Of a stretch of 64,000 bases of DNA, positions 26,654 to 36,772 are shown one piece after another. Origin of the DNA: Spirochaetota bacterium (lineage in GTDB: Bacteria > Spirochaetota > UBA4802 > UBA5368); contig JALOTJ010000006.1 of NCBI GenBank assembly GCA_025457965.1, positions 5,162 through 69,161 of the forward strand, written 5' to 3'. Made by a program: the position numbers and the translations under genes. The notes below the pieces were generated by a model. It was not told where the DNA came from. It made no database searches and saw nothing but the letters and a program-made list of their open reading frames with translations. The first letter of the stretch is position 1; each line of letters starts with the position of its first letter.

Positions 26654-27163
26654 ATGAAAAAGTCGGCGATGTTCCTGGTGTGCGGCGCCTTTCTGGCGCT
26701 TGCGGGTATGCAGCTCCATGCCCAGGAGGCTCCGAAGGAGGCCGCGAACGAAGCATCGGGTAAGAGTCTTGGCGCCGTTGCGGACGACATAAAGTTCGAG
26801 AACGCCCTGCAGTTCTACTCCATGGGCGACTACCGCAAGGCCCTTCAGATGTTCAACGAGTACCTGGAGATTTATCTCACCGGGGCGCATCGCGGCGAGG
26901 CATTGCGTCATGTCGCCCTGATACACTTTGACCGGTTCGAGTACGAAAAGTCGGTCCGGGCCTATACCGCCATCCATGAGGAATCTAATAACACCGAGGA
27001 AGGCATAGAGGCATATTACAAAACGGGTATCTGCTATCAGAAAATGGGCTACGATACCAGGGCTCAGGGCGTATTTCAGTCCATAATCGAGCAGTATCCC
27101 TATTCGACATACGCGTATCTTTCCAGAATACAGATAGACCTGCTTAAAATAATTGAGAAATAA
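26654..27163 (+). CDS. Secreted tetratricopeptide-repeat protein (YbgF/BamD-like)
   Basis: Start at ATG 26654 gives the signal peptide MKKSAMFLVCGAFLALAGMQLHAQE. TPR-like repeats (ALQFYSMGDYRKALQMFNEYL, YYKTGICYQKMGY). Confidence 0.6.
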   Translation: MKKSAMFLVCGAFLALAGMQLHAQEAPKEAANEASGKSLGAVADDIKFENALQFYSMGDYRKALQMFNEYLEIYLTGAHRGEALRHVALIHFDRFEYEKSVRAYTAIHEESNNTEEGIEAYYKTGICYQKMGYDTRAQGVFQSIIEQYPYSTYAYLSRIQIDLLKIIEK

Positions 27164-27564
27164 GCGCAGAGGGGGATGCTTTGCGGCCTCCCCCCGGTTT
27201 TAAGCGGCCCCTGATTTAAAAACGATATTATGTTGACAGAAATTACCGGGTATTCAAGTATGCGCTTTCCGTGATGCGCATTTCGGCTCCCTTCGCCGCT
27301 GCGGTCTGACCCTGAAACGGAGGGCCGACGGGAAGTGTTGAACGCCAAACTGCCTTTTTCGGCGATATCCTTACCGATTTTTTATATTTTTTAAACGGTA
27401 GCGAGCTATTATTGTGTTACATTGACTGTAATCGCGATTTATTGTAGACGGCGTCACTGCAGCAAGATGGGCCAACCCCGTCCTATAACCGCCAACATCA
27501 CATCGCGCCGGTTCCTGAAGTGCCATAATTTCGGAAAATACGTTTATCCAGGGGAGATTGACAT

Positions 27565-29640
27565 ATGCCTTTACAGAAGTTGAGAAATATCGGAATCGCC
27601 GCGCATATCGACGCCGGCAAGACCACGCTTACCGAGCGCCTGCTTTATTTCACCGGCTCCACCAGGAAGCTTGGCGAGGTGCATGACGGCCAGGCCACCA
27701 TGGATTTCATGAAACAGGAGCAGGAGCGCGGAATCACCATCGCCTCGGCGGCTATCTCCTGCCAGTGGAAGGAACACGCCATCAATATCATCGACACTCC
27801 CGGACACGTGGATTTTACCGTTGAGGTGGAGCGGTCCCTCAGGGTGATCGACGGTATGATCGGCCTCTTCTGCGCGGTCGCCGGTGTCGAACCCCAGAGC
27901 GAGACCGTGTGGAACCAGGCCGACCGCTACAAGGTCCCCCGCATCGCCTTCGTCAACAAGATGGACCGCGTCGGCGCCGATTTCGATGAGTGCATCAACC
28001 AGATGGAAAAATACCTCGACGCCAACCCGGTCCCCTTCCAGGTGCCGATGGGCGCCGAGGAAAATTTTCTGGGTGTCATAGATATCATCGAGCGGAAGGC
28101 CGTGATATTCAAGGAATTCGAGCGGGTCGTCACCGATGTGCCCGAGGACTACAGGGAGAAGTGCGAAAACGCGCGGCGTCATCTGGTCGAGAAGCTGGCG
28201 GACTTCGACGAGGACATCATGAAGATGTACCTCGAAGAGAAGGACGTACCGGTGGAGATGATAAAAAAGGCCTCGCGCTGCGCGACGATAAAGATGCTTT
28301 TCACCCCCGTATTCTGCGGGGCGGCATATAAGAACAAGGGCGTACAGCTGCTGCTCGACGCGGTTCTTGATTTCCTTCCCTCGCCGATTGACAAGGGCGC
28401 GGTGGTCGGTATGGATGTAAAGGACACTGAAAAGACCCAGACCCGACATCCCCTGCCCGGCGATCCCTTCTGCGGGCTGGCCTTCAAGCTTATCCACGAC
28501 CCCTATGTGGGGCAGCAGACCTTCGTCCGGGTTTACTCCGGCAAGCTCGAAAGCGGCATGCAGGTGTTCAACGCCACCAAGGGCGAGAACGAACGCATAG
28601 GCCGGATCATGCGCATTCGCGCCAAGGAACGTGAGGAGATTACCAGCGCCGGTCCCGGCGATATCATCGCGCTTATCGGAATGAAGTATACCAAGACCGG
28701 TGATACGCTGTGCGACATGCACCATCCACTGGTGCTCGAGTCGATCTACATTCCGCCGGCGGTTATCGATCTCAAGGTGACTCCACCTTCAAAAAAAGAG
28801 GAGGAGAAGCTCGGAATAGCGCTCCGCAAGCTCGCGATGGAAGACCCGTCATTCACCGTTCGGGTGGACGATGAGACCAACGAGACGATCATCAGCGGCA
28901 TGGGCGAGCTGCACCTTGAAATCATCGTGGACCGGCTCAAGACCGAGTTCAACGTCGAGGCGACGGTGGGTGAGCCATCCGTGGCTTTCCGCGAAGCCAT
29001 CAAGAACGAGGCGCAGGCCGAGGTGAAATACGCGAAGCAGACGGGCGGGCGCGGGCAGTACGCGCACTGCGTGATGCGCATAGAGCCGAATCCGGAAAAG
29101 GGCTTCGAGTTCGTCGACCATACCAAGGGCGGGGTGATTCCGCAGGAGTACATGCCCTCAATAAGAAAGGGTATAGAGGGATCCATCGCCGACGGTATCA
29201 TCGCTGGATTTCCCGTGGTCGATGTGAAGGTAGTGGTGCTGGACGGCAGCTATCACGAAGTTGACTCGTCTGACATGGCGTTTCGAACATGCGGATCGCT
29301 GTGTTTCAAAGAGGCCTTCCGCAAGGCCTCGCCGACCCTGCTCGAACCGCTGATGAAGATCGAGATCAATACGCCCGATGAATACATCGGCGAGGTCATA
29401 GGCGACCTCAACAGGCGCCGGGGCAAGGTGGAATCGATGCGAAGGTTCCGCAAGGGAGCGCAGAAAGTGAACGGCTTCGTTCCGCTCATGGAGATGTTCG
29501 GCTACGCGACACAGCTTCGCAGCCTTTCGAGCGGCCGCGCCAATTATTCCATGGAGTTCTCGCGGTACGTGCCTCTTGGCAAGGAAGTACAGGAAAAAGT
29601 CCTCAAGGCGCTCAACGAAAAGAAGCTTCAGAAAGTGTAG
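27565..29640 (+). CDS. fusA: Elongation factor G (stand-alone paralogue, not in an rpsL-rpsG-fusA context)
   Basis: 691 aa. G1 [22 protein letters not shown], and full EF-G domain order through the C-terminus. Confidence 0.95.
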   Translation: MPLQKLRNIGIAAHIDAGKTTLTERLLYFTGSTRKLGEVHDGQATMDFMKQEQERGITIASAAISCQWKEHAINIIDTPGHVDFTVEVERSLRVIDGMIGLFCAVAGVEPQSETVWNQADRYKVPRIAFVNKMDRVGADFDECINQMEKYLDANPVPFQVPMGAEENFLGVIDIIERKAVIFKEFERVVTDVPEDYREKCENARRHLVEKLADFDEDIMKMYLEEKDVPVEMIKKASRCATIKMLFTPVFCGAAYKNKGVQLLLDAVLDFLPSPIDKGAVVGMDVKDTEKTQTRHPLPGDPFCGLAFKLIHDPYVGQQTFVRVYSGKLESGMQVFNATKGENERIGRIMRIRAKEREEITSAGPGDIIALIGMKYTKTGDTLCDMHHPLVLESIYIPPAVIDLKVTPPSKKEEEKLGIALRKLAMEDPSFTVRVDDETNETIISGMGELHLEIIVDRLKTEFNVEATVGEPSVAFREAIKNEAQAEVKYAKQTGGRGQYAHCVMRIEPNPEKGFEFVDHTKGGVIPQEYMPSIRKGIEGSIADGIIAGFPVVDVKVVVLDGSYHEVDSSDMAFRTCGSLCFKEAFRKASPTLLEPLMKIEINTPDEYIGEVIGDLNRRRGKVESMRRFRKGAQKVNGFVPLMEMFGYATQLRSLSSGRANYSMEFSRYVPLGKEVQEKVLKALNEKKLQKV

Positions 29641-29683
29641 ACCCTTCCGGGTCTGCGCGTAAACTTCTTATCATAAAACCTCG

Positions 29684-29716
29684 GGAAAAGGGGACGCGGA
29701 AACGCTCCCCTTTTCC
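29684..29716 (+). terminator. Strong hairpin downstream of EF-G (possible terminator)
   Basis: GGAAAAGGGGA (29684-29694) pairs with TCCCCTTTTCC (29706-29716) across an 11-nt loop. There is no separate T-tail, so its function is uncertain. Confidence 0.4.
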
Positions 29717-29792
29717 TCTCCCCCGTTCCGTCCGCCGGTAAAATCGTTGTTGTTTTAATCGCGCCGATGCAGTACCATCATATATAAAGGCA

Positions 29793-30380
29793 TTGAGCGC
29801 CATGGCGAACCGTGCGTATCGGGAGGATGTCCTGATGGAGGTGGGTACCATGCGCAGAAAGAGGGCGGCGAAACTGATAGCCCGGCACGCTCCTGATATA
29901 GATGGCACGCAGATTCGGATACGGGAACTGCGGCCGAATGACCATAAAAACCTCATCCGCATGTACGCCCATTTTTATCCCAAGCATGTCGCTTTCGGGT
30001 TGCCGCCGAACCAGCGGACGCTCAGGCGGAGGTGGATCGAGAACCTGGAGCACGGCAGGCTGAACGTAATAGCGCTGTCGGGCAGGAGGATCGTCGGTCA
30101 TTCGTCCATCATCGACGTGCCGAACGAGGATTTCTGCGAGTTCATTTTTTTCGTGCACCAGGACTTCCGCGGGCGCGGAATCGGTACGGTCCTTGCCGGG
30201 GAGATCTGCCGCCGGGCGCTGTGCCTCGGGAAAAAGCGTATATGGCTCATGATCGAGAGCGCCAACGACGATGCCGTGACGGCCCTTTACCGCATCGGTT
30301 TCCGGATCAGCGGCGTACACGGCGGCGATTACGAGATGGAGCTCGACCTGGAACCGGTGGCGGCGATTCTCTGCATGTAG
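29793..30380 (+). CDS. GNAT-family N-acetyltransferase
   Basis: ..IRIRELRPNDHKNLIRMY.., acetyl-CoA loop HQDFRGRGIGTVL, ..ESANDDAVTALYRIGF... Start uncertain (29793, 29835 or 29850). Confidence 0.7.
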   Translation: MSAMANRAYREDVLMEVGTMRRKRAAKLIARHAPDIDGTQIRIRELRPNDHKNLIRMYAHFYPKHVAFGLPPNQRTLRRRWIENLEHGRLNVIALSGRRIVGHSSIIDVPNEDFCEFIFFVHQDFRGRGIGTVLAGEICRRALCLGKKRIWLMIESANDDAVTALYRIGFRISGVHGGDYEMELDLEPVAAILCM

Positions 30381-30433
30381 CCGCGGGTGCGACGGGATTT
30401 AACGAAAACGAACCGCGGCGTGATGGCGTCCCC

Positions 30434-32632
30434 TCAGAATCCGAGCAGTTTCCCCGCGTTGTAGAAAAGAAAACACACCGACCAGGCCAGAAGCAGCTGG
30501 TAGAACAGGGAGATAAACGCCCATCGCCAGCCGGCCTCCCGGCCCGTCACCACCACCGTCGCAAGGCAGGGAACATACAGAAGGACGAAGAGCATGAAGG
30601 TGTAGGCGGACAGCGGCGTGATACCGTACTCGGGCCGCCGTATCGCCCGGTCTATCGGCTGCTGCGCGCCTCCGGCCCCGTTCCCGGCATGGTACAGCAC
30701 TCCCATGGTGCTGACCACGACCTCCTTGGCGACAAATCCGGTGACGAGCGAGATACCCATCTGCTGGTTAAAGCCGAGCGGCTCCGTCAGCGGGGTGAGC
30801 ATGGAGCCAAGGCGTCCTATCATCGTGTTTCGCTTTGCGCGGGAGATCCTTTCGACCTCGAGTGATTCGACCTTCGCGTCGAGTTCCGCCCGCATCGCCT
30901 CGATGGTCTCCGACGTCGCTCCGCCGGCGCGCGTCCTTTCGATGACGAGGGCGTTGTGGGACTGGAGCGCGCTGATCCGCGTATCGTACTCCTGCGCGAT
31001 CTCGGGAGATTTTGGATACTCGCCCATGAACCAGATCACGACCGAAAACGCGAGTATGATCCCTCCCATCTTCCGGAGGTATTGCGACGAGCGGTCCCAC
31101 ATGTGAAGCAGGGTCGATTTAATCGTGGGGACGCGGTAGGGGGGGAGCTCCATCACGAAGGGCGTGGAACCGCCCCTGAAGAAGACGAGACCGTACAACT
31201 TCGCCGAGACGAAAGCGAGAAGAATGCCGATGAGATAGAGTGAAAGGATCACCGTGCCTGCCTGATCGTGAAAGAACGCTCCCGCAAACAGTATGTAGAC
31301 GGGCAAACGCGCCGAACAGCTCATGAACGGATTGATGAGAATGGTGAGAATCCGGTCCTGGCGGTTTTCAAGCGACCGTGTGGCCATGATCGCGGGGACG
31401 TTGCAGCCGAATCCCATGATGAGCGGGATGAACGACTTCCCGTGCAGGCCCATCGTATGCATCACCCTGTCCATGATGAAAGCGGCGCGCGCCATATAGC
31501 CGGTATCCTCCATGAAGCTTATGCCCATGAACAGGATGAGAATGTTCGGCAGAAACACTATGACGCCGCCCACGCCGCCGATCACCCCGTCGACGATGAG
31601 GTCTTTCAGCGGTCCCGCGGGCATAAGGCGCTCCACCGCAAGGCCGACCTGGTGCACACCGCTTTCGATCAGGTTCATCGGGTATTCGCCCAGCGCGAAG
31701 GTGAGGTGAAAAAGGGCCCAGAGAAAGAGGAACAGGATCGGAAAGCCGAGATAGCGGTTGGTGATGACCCGGTCGATTTTATCAGAGACGTCCACCCTGC
31801 GCGGCGCGGTCTTTTTCACCGATTCGCGCACCGCCCCGGCGATGAAGCCGTAGCGGCGGTCGGAGATTATGGTCTCTATGTCGTCATCGAAGTGCCTTTC
31901 CAGTACGGCACGGCTTTTCGCGACCTGCTCCATAATGGTTTCGTGGCCGGGGTACGCCTTCAGCTTCTTGGACGCGTCGGTGTCGCGCTCGAGAAGGCGC
32001 ACGGACAGCCAGCGCGTGGAATAGCGCTTTCCGATCGCTTCGTCCTCCCACATTTTCTGCTGGATCGCGCGAATCTCGGCCTCCACGTCGTCGCCGAAGG
32101 GGATGTGAATGTGCCGTGCGGTCTCGTCGGCCCCCTGCGCCACCTGGACTATCCTGTCGAGCAGCTCGGTGATGCCGATGGAACGCGTGCCAACGGTCTT
32201 GACCACGGGCATGCCGAGGAGCGTCCCCAGCCTGTCCGAGTCGATCACCAGGCCCTTGTTAGCGGCCTCGTCGAACATGTTGAGCGCGATCACCGAACGG
32301 GCGCCGATGTTGATGAGCTGGGTAGTGAGGTAGAGGTTGCGTTCGAGGTTGCCGGCGTCGACGACGTTGACGATCACGTCGGGGCGGTCGTCGATGATGA
32401 AGTCGCGCGTGATGATCTCTTCCATGCTGTACGAGGTGAGGCTGTAGATGCCGGGAAGGTCAATGACCCTGATCGAGGCGCCCGCGTGTTTGAGGCGCCC
32501 CTCGCGTTTTTCCACGGTCACCCCGCTCCAGTTCGCCACTTTCTGCCTGGCGCCGGTGAGCGCATTGAAAATTGTTGTTTTACCGCAGTTGGGATTGCCT
32601 ACAAGCCCGACGGTGATTTCCCTGGTCTTCAT
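30434..32632 (-). CDS. feoB: Ferrous iron transporter FeoB
   Basis: MKTREITVGLVGNPNCGKTTIFNALTG G-domain followed by a polytopic membrane domain. Start at ATG 32632 (GGAAAGGA upstream); the ORF-track start 32653 would overlap the upstream gene. Confidence 0.95.
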   Translation of the reverse strand: MKTREITVGLVGNPNCGKTTIFNALTGARQKVANWSGVTVEKREGRLKHAGASIRVIDLPGIYSLTSYSMEEIITRDFIIDDRPDVIVNVVDAGNLERNLYLTTQLINIGARSVIALNMFDEAANKGLVIDSDRLGTLLGMPVVKTVGTRSIGITELLDRIVQVAQGADETARHIHIPFGDDVEAEIRAIQQKMWEDEAIGKRYSTRWLSVRLLERDTDASKKLKAYPGHETIMEQVAKSRAVLERHFDDDIETIISDRRYGFIAGAVRESVKKTAPRRVDVSDKIDRVITNRYLGFPILFLFLWALFHLTFALGEYPMNLIESGVHQVGLAVERLMPAGPLKDLIVDGVIGGVGGVIVFLPNILILFMGISFMEDTGYMARAAFIMDRVMHTMGLHGKSFIPLIMGFGCNVPAIMATRSLENRQDRILTILINPFMSCSARLPVYILFAGAFFHDQAGTVILSLYLIGILLAFVSAKLYGLVFFRGGSTPFVMELPPYRVPTIKSTLLHMWDRSSQYLRKMGGIILAFSVVIWFMGEYPKSPEIAQEYDTRISALQSHNALVIERTRAGGATSETIEAMRAELDAKVESLEVERISRAKRNTMIGRLGSMLTPLTEPLGFNQQMGISLVTGFVAKEVVVSTMGVLYHAGNGAGGAQQPIDRAIRRPEYGITPLSAYTFMLFVLLYVPCLATVVVTGREAGWRWAFISLFYQLLLAWSVCFLFYNAGKLLGF

Positions 32633-32639
32633 CGCTTGT

Positions 32640-33374
32640 CTATTCCTTTCCATGCCGCCGCCTGTGCCTGCGGTGTTCCAGCGGCCGGACGATGATGTCC
32701 CGCGCCTCCTCGACCCGCAGCGAGAGGCGATAGTCCTTGATTGAAAGCTCTATGGGGTCGCGCAGCGGCGCGTACTTTATCACGGTGATCCGTTCCCCCT
32801 TTCGGAATCCCATGTCGATCAGCCTTTTACGGAGGGGGGAGTCGCCGAGCACTTTTACGATGGTCGCCGACTGGCCCTCCCTGAGCTCGTTCAGGGGGCC
32901 TTCCTCCATCATGTCCTGAAGCTGGTCGGTCCATTCGCGTTCGGATCCGTGCTCGGCATCGTGAAACTCGACCAGGCGGTACAGCCTGCGGCAGGCCTCG
33001 GGCGACAGATGGTGCTCGATACGGCACGCCTCCTCGTCGGCCGAGCCCTGTTCCATGCGGAGAATATCGCCGAAGAAGCGCTTGAGAAAGGAATGCTTGC
33101 GGTATACCAGTTCCGCCACACGCTTTCCCTGGTCGGTGAGCTCGATAAATCCGTATTTTTCGTAATAAATGAGGTCTTTTTCTCGCAGCTTGTTCAGCGC
33201 CGCGGAGACGCTCGGCATGGTAATTTTAAGGGTCTTCGCGATGTCCTTTACCCGCACCACCCTGTTGCGCGAGGAGAGGAGCGAAATGGTCTCCATGTAG
33301 TCTTCCATGTTGGCCGAAAGGTCGGTGCTCTCGAAGAATACTTCACTGCCCGTGCTATCGCCGTCCTGCTTCAT
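32640..33374 (-). CDS. DtxR/MntR-family metal-dependent regulator with C-terminal FeoA (SH3-like) domain
   Basis: ..MEDYMETISLLSSRNRVVRVKDIAKTLKITMPSVSAALNKL.. is the winged HTH. The dimerisation/metal region follows, then the FeoA-like tail ..LREGQSATIVKV..RLIDMGFRKGERITV... Start at ATG 33374 (GGGGAG SD) or GTG 33389. Confidence 0.85.
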   Translation of the reverse strand: MKQDGDSTGSEVFFESTDLSANMEDYMETISLLSSRNRVVRVKDIAKTLKITMPSVSAALNKLREKDLIYYEKYGFIELTDQGKRVAELVYRKHSFLKRFFGDILRMEQGSADEEACRIEHHLSPEACRRLYRLVEFHDAEHGSEREWTDQLQDMMEEGPLNELREGQSATIVKVLGDSPLRKRLIDMGFRKGERITVIKYAPLRDPIELSIKDYRLSLRVEEARDIIVRPLEHRRHRRRHGKE

Positions 33375-33403
33375 GCTATGCTCCCCCACGGGTGGATATT
33401 GAG

Positions 33404-33458
33404 AGAAATCTAAATAAATTAGTCAAATCTAATATATGGATTGCGCCATATTTATCAA
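33404..33458 (-). promoter_or_regulatory. Candidate promoter and metal-regulator operator of the dtxR/feoA-feoB unit
   Basis: On the minus strand: TTGATA (33453-33458), 16 nt, TATATT (33431-33436). Immediately downstream are overlapping inverted repeats CTAA-N5-TTAG / ATTAG-N6-CTAAT (33410-33433) and a direct repeat AAATCTAA x2 (33406-33413, 33425-33432). Confidence 0.45.
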
Positions 33459-33683
33459 CTATATTTATTGCAATCCGCCCAGCTGACACCATGCGGTGTC
33501 CGGTATCGGCAACACACGTGTGGCGGGTCGAAGATCACGGGTTTTCCGTCCACGCGAGTTTTTATTTTCTTTCATTCGGCCCGGGTTTACATGAAGATAC
33601 ACCTGTAAGCGCTACAGTTATGGCATGAGGACCCATCCGCGCAGTAGGGGCGGAATCAATTCGATGAAGGAAGGACAGCGCGT

Positions 33684-35531
33684 ATGAAAACAGTCGGCGA
33701 CTACAGGGAAAAGATCGTTTCGGTCGATCGGGTCCTCGAACTCATCAAGCCCGGAAACCGCGTTTTCCTCAGCAGCGGACCGGCGATCCCGGCGCTGACC
33801 GTCAAAGCGATCGTCGATTCTGTCGCAAAGAACCTCCTCGACCTCGAAGTCATACAACTCATCACGCTCGGCGATTACCTGCCGTCCGACGCCCGGCAGA
33901 CATCGAAGTACCGGCTCAAGACCTTCAACATAGGTGAAAGCATCATACACGATATCAGCGAAGGTAAGGTGGACTTTATCCCGGCCAACCTGATGGAGAT
34001 ACCGCTCATCCTCTCTTCGGGAGCCGTGGGTGTGGACATCGCCGTCGTACAGACGTCGCCGCCCGACCGGCGCGGTTTCCTGAACCTCGGGATTGCCATT
34101 GACGTGGCGAACATCGCGATAAAAAACGCCGACTTGGTTATCGCCGAGATCAATCCGGCGGTGCCGGTCACCTACGGCGAGACCAGCATCCACGTCAGCC
34201 AGGTGGACTTCCTCGTCGAAAGCCCGCTGCCGCTTCTGGAGCGCGAACGTACGGCCTGCGACGCGGTCATGGAGCGCATCGGCTGGCACGTTTCGAACCT
34301 GATAGAGGACGAATCCACGGTCGTATTGCACGCCGGACGCATGTTCGACGCCATCGCAAAGAACCTCCACTCCAAGAAGCGACTCGGCGTCTACACGCAC
34401 GTGATCTCGGACTGGGTGATCGACCTGGTCGAATCGGGGGCCATTTCGCTCGAGCGCGGCCGTATAAGCGGCGGCCTGGTCACCACCAGTTACTGCTACG
34501 GAACGCGCGCGCTGTACGATTACGTAGACCGCAATCCGGTGTTCGAATTCTATCCCATCGCGCGCCTGGTCAATCCCTTCGTGATACAGCGCATATCGCG
34601 CCTGACCAGCATAATGAACGTCAAGCGAATCGACGTGACGGGCGAGTCGGTGGTGTTCCATTCGGGGGACAATTTATTATCCGGTTACGAGAGCAAGCTT
34701 AACTTCGCCATAGCCGCCGCCCTTTCGAAGCAGGGCAAGGCGATTGTGGCGCTCAGATCGGTCGACCCAGAGGGCAACAGCAATATCGTCATAGCCCACG
34801 AGGAGGGCGAGCGTATAAGGGCCACGCTGGGGGCCACGCGATACGTGGTGAGCGAGTTCGGGGTGGCGCGCCTCTTCGGCAAATCGATCCGCGAGCGGGT
34901 GCTCGCCATGATCGACATCGCGCACCCCTCGCACCGTGCGAACCTGCTGGCGATGGCCAAAAAATACGGATACACCTATCCCGACCAGATCTATGTCTGC
35001 GACACCGCGTGCAGGTATCCCGCGGACACCGAGACCGTCAAGACCTTCGGCCCGGGGCTCGAGCTCAAGATTCGCCCGATACTCCCCTCCGACGAGGACA
35101 TGATGCGCAGGCTCTTCTATCATTTCTCGGACGAGTCGAAATACCTGCGGTACTTCGCAAGGCTTTCGATCATGCCCCACAAAGAGATGCAGAAGTACGT
35201 AAACATCGATTACGAAAAGATATTCTCGATCGTGGCCATTTTGCAGAAGGACCGTACCGAGCGCATCATCGCCGAGGCGCGCTACGCCTATTACGACCGT
35301 ATCGACGCGTATGAGATGGCGTTCATCGTCGACGAGGAATACCAGGGTCGGGGAATCGCGACCTTTCTGCTGAACTATCTCATGAAGATCGCCCGCGAGA
35401 GGGGAATAAAGCGGCTGTCGGCGACGGTGCTTCCCCAGAACGATAAGATGCTAAGGGTCTTCGAGAAAGGGGAGGTAAAGCCGAAATCGATGTTCGCCGA
35501 CGGGGTGATCGAGCTGCGCTTCGAGCTATAG
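33684..35531 (+). CDS. Acetyl-CoA hydrolase/transferase-family domain fused to a C-terminal Pat-like GNAT acetyltransferase
   Basis: 615 aa. The N-terminal ~430 aa have the CoA-transferase pattern (..GNRVFLSSGPAIPALTV.., ..VQTSPPDRRGFLNLG..). The C-terminal ~170 aa are GNAT (IRPILPSDEDMMRRLFYHFSDESKYLRYF, EYQGRGIATFLLNYL). Confidence 0.8.
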   Translation: MKTVGDYREKIVSVDRVLELIKPGNRVFLSSGPAIPALTVKAIVDSVAKNLLDLEVIQLITLGDYLPSDARQTSKYRLKTFNIGESIIHDISEGKVDFIPANLMEIPLILSSGAVGVDIAVVQTSPPDRRGFLNLGIAIDVANIAIKNADLVIAEINPAVPVTYGETSIHVSQVDFLVESPLPLLERERTACDAVMERIGWHVSNLIEDESTVVLHAGRMFDAIAKNLHSKKRLGVYTHVISDWVIDLVESGAISLERGRISGGLVTTSYCYGTRALYDYVDRNPVFEFYPIARLVNPFVIQRISRLTSIMNVKRIDVTGESVVFHSGDNLLSGYESKLNFAIAAALSKQGKAIVALRSVDPEGNSNIVIAHEEGERIRATLGATRYVVSEFGVARLFGKSIRERVLAMIDIAHPSHRANLLAMAKKYGYTYPDQIYVCDTACRYPADTETVKTFGPGLELKIRPILPSDEDMMRRLFYHFSDESKYLRYFARLSIMPHKEMQKYVNIDYEKIFSIVAILQKDRTERIIAEARYAYYDRIDAYEMAFIVDEEYQGRGIATFLLNYLMKIARERGIKRLSATVLPQNDKMLRVFEKGEVKPKSMFADGVIELRFEL

Positions 35532-36161
35532 CGAGGAGCGCGCCGTTCTCGTCGCTTCGTCGATGATGAAATCGCCGAAGACCGAGGGGGCCTCGGCCTG
35601 CATGACGCGAAGCATGGCCAGGCACACGGCGCGAATCTCCCACTGCGCGCCGCGGGCGCACCGCAGCGCGAAGACGTGCCGGAGTTCGCGAAAATTCGCG
35701 GAGAATACAATCTCGCTTTCGAGCGCGTTCGGAAGCACGAAGCGCGCATCCTCTTTTTTAATCCCCATCTCCCGCAGTCGCCTGTAGGTAAGCCGCGCAT
35801 TTTCTAGGAAATCGTCGAAGAGCGCGCCCGCTTCATCGCTTGACTGGATGTCGGGCGGCACGATGTAGTTGAACTCGTCCTCGCTCACGTAGCGCTGGGA
35901 CTGCTGTGAGAAGCTCGCCACGCGGTGGCGCACCAGCTGGTGCGTGAACGCGCGCGAGGCCCCGCGTACGCGGAAGCTCGCCGAGGCGTGCTCGAGTATC
36001 GAATGGTGCCCGTTTTTGATGCAGCGGCGGATGAAGTTCGACTCGCTTGTGCCGTCCATCCTGTCGAAGGAGAGGTAGCAGGTGCGCCCCGCCTCCTCGA
36101 TGAGCTTTTCCGCACGGGGCGTTACGGCAAGCAGGGTGACGTCGGGTCCGGTGATGCGCAT
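35526..36161 (-). CDS. thyX: FAD-dependent thymidylate synthase ThyX
   Basis: ThyX motif LVRHRVASFSQQSQRY. 211 aa. Begins 7 nt after the rnfA stop. Confidence 0.9.
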   Translation of the reverse strand: MRITGPDVTLLAVTPRAEKLIEEAGRTCYLSFDRMDGTSESNFIRRCIKNGHHSILEHASASFRVRGASRAFTHQLVRHRVASFSQQSQRYVSEDEFNYIVPPDIQSSDEAGALFDDFLENARLTYRRLREMGIKKEDARFVLPNALESEIVFSANFRELRHVFALRCARGAQWEIRAVCLAMLRVMQAEAPSVFGDFIIDEATRTARSSL

Positions 36162-36168
36162 GGCCGGC

Positions 36169-36768
36169 CTATATCTTCATTCCCGAGAACCCGAGGAAGG
36201 CCATCGCCATGAGACCCGCCGTGATGAAGGTGATGGGGAGGCCTTTCAGGTTTTCGGGTATGTCCGCGATCTCGAGGCGCTCGCGGATGCCCGCCATGAG
36301 AAGGAGCGCCAGGGTGAAGCCGAGTCCCGCGCCGAGTCCCTGCACGACGGCCTTTAGCAGGCCGAGGTTGCCGTTAAGGAATCCGGCCTCGGTGTTGAGC
36401 ACGGCCACGCCGAGCACCGCGCAGTTGGTGGTGATGAGCGGGAGAAAGATTCCCAGGGAGTGGTAGAGCACCGGCGATATGTTTTCTATCACCATCTCGA
36501 CAAACTGCACCAGCCCCGCGATGACCAGGATGAACGCGATGGTGCGCAGGTAGGCGATGTCGAACGGTATCAGTACGTACTTGTAGATCAGGAAGGTGAA
36601 AAACGAGGCCATCACCATCACAAAAATGACGGCGAGGCCCATACCCAGCGCCGAGTCGAGCTTCCGGGAGACGCCCAGAAACGGGCACAGCCCCAGCATC
36701 TGCGAGAGCACGTAGTTGTTGATGAAGATGGTCGATATCAGTATGACGAAGAGCGCCTTGATCTCCAT
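36169..36768 (-). CDS. rnfA: Rnf electron transport complex subunit A
   Basis: FINNYVLSQMLGLCPFLGVS N-terminal pattern, ~6 TM, 199 aa. Confidence 0.9.
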   Translation of the reverse strand: MEIKALFVILISTIFINNYVLSQMLGLCPFLGVSRKLDSALGMGLAVIFVMVMASFFTFLIYKYVLIPFDIAYLRTIAFILVIAGLVQFVEMVIENISPVLYHSLGIFLPLITTNCAVLGVAVLNTEAGFLNGNLGLLKAVVQGLGAGLGFTLALLLMAGIRERLEIADIPENLKGLPITFITAGLMAMAFLGFSGMKI

Positions 36769-36772
36769 GCCC

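Noticed and set aside
27240-27360. A small RNA gene in the EF-G upstream region.
   Set aside because: There is only a weak -10, no convincing terminator, and no match I can recognise to 6S, SRP, tmRNA, RNase P or a riboswitch core. It is kept only as a low-interest finding.
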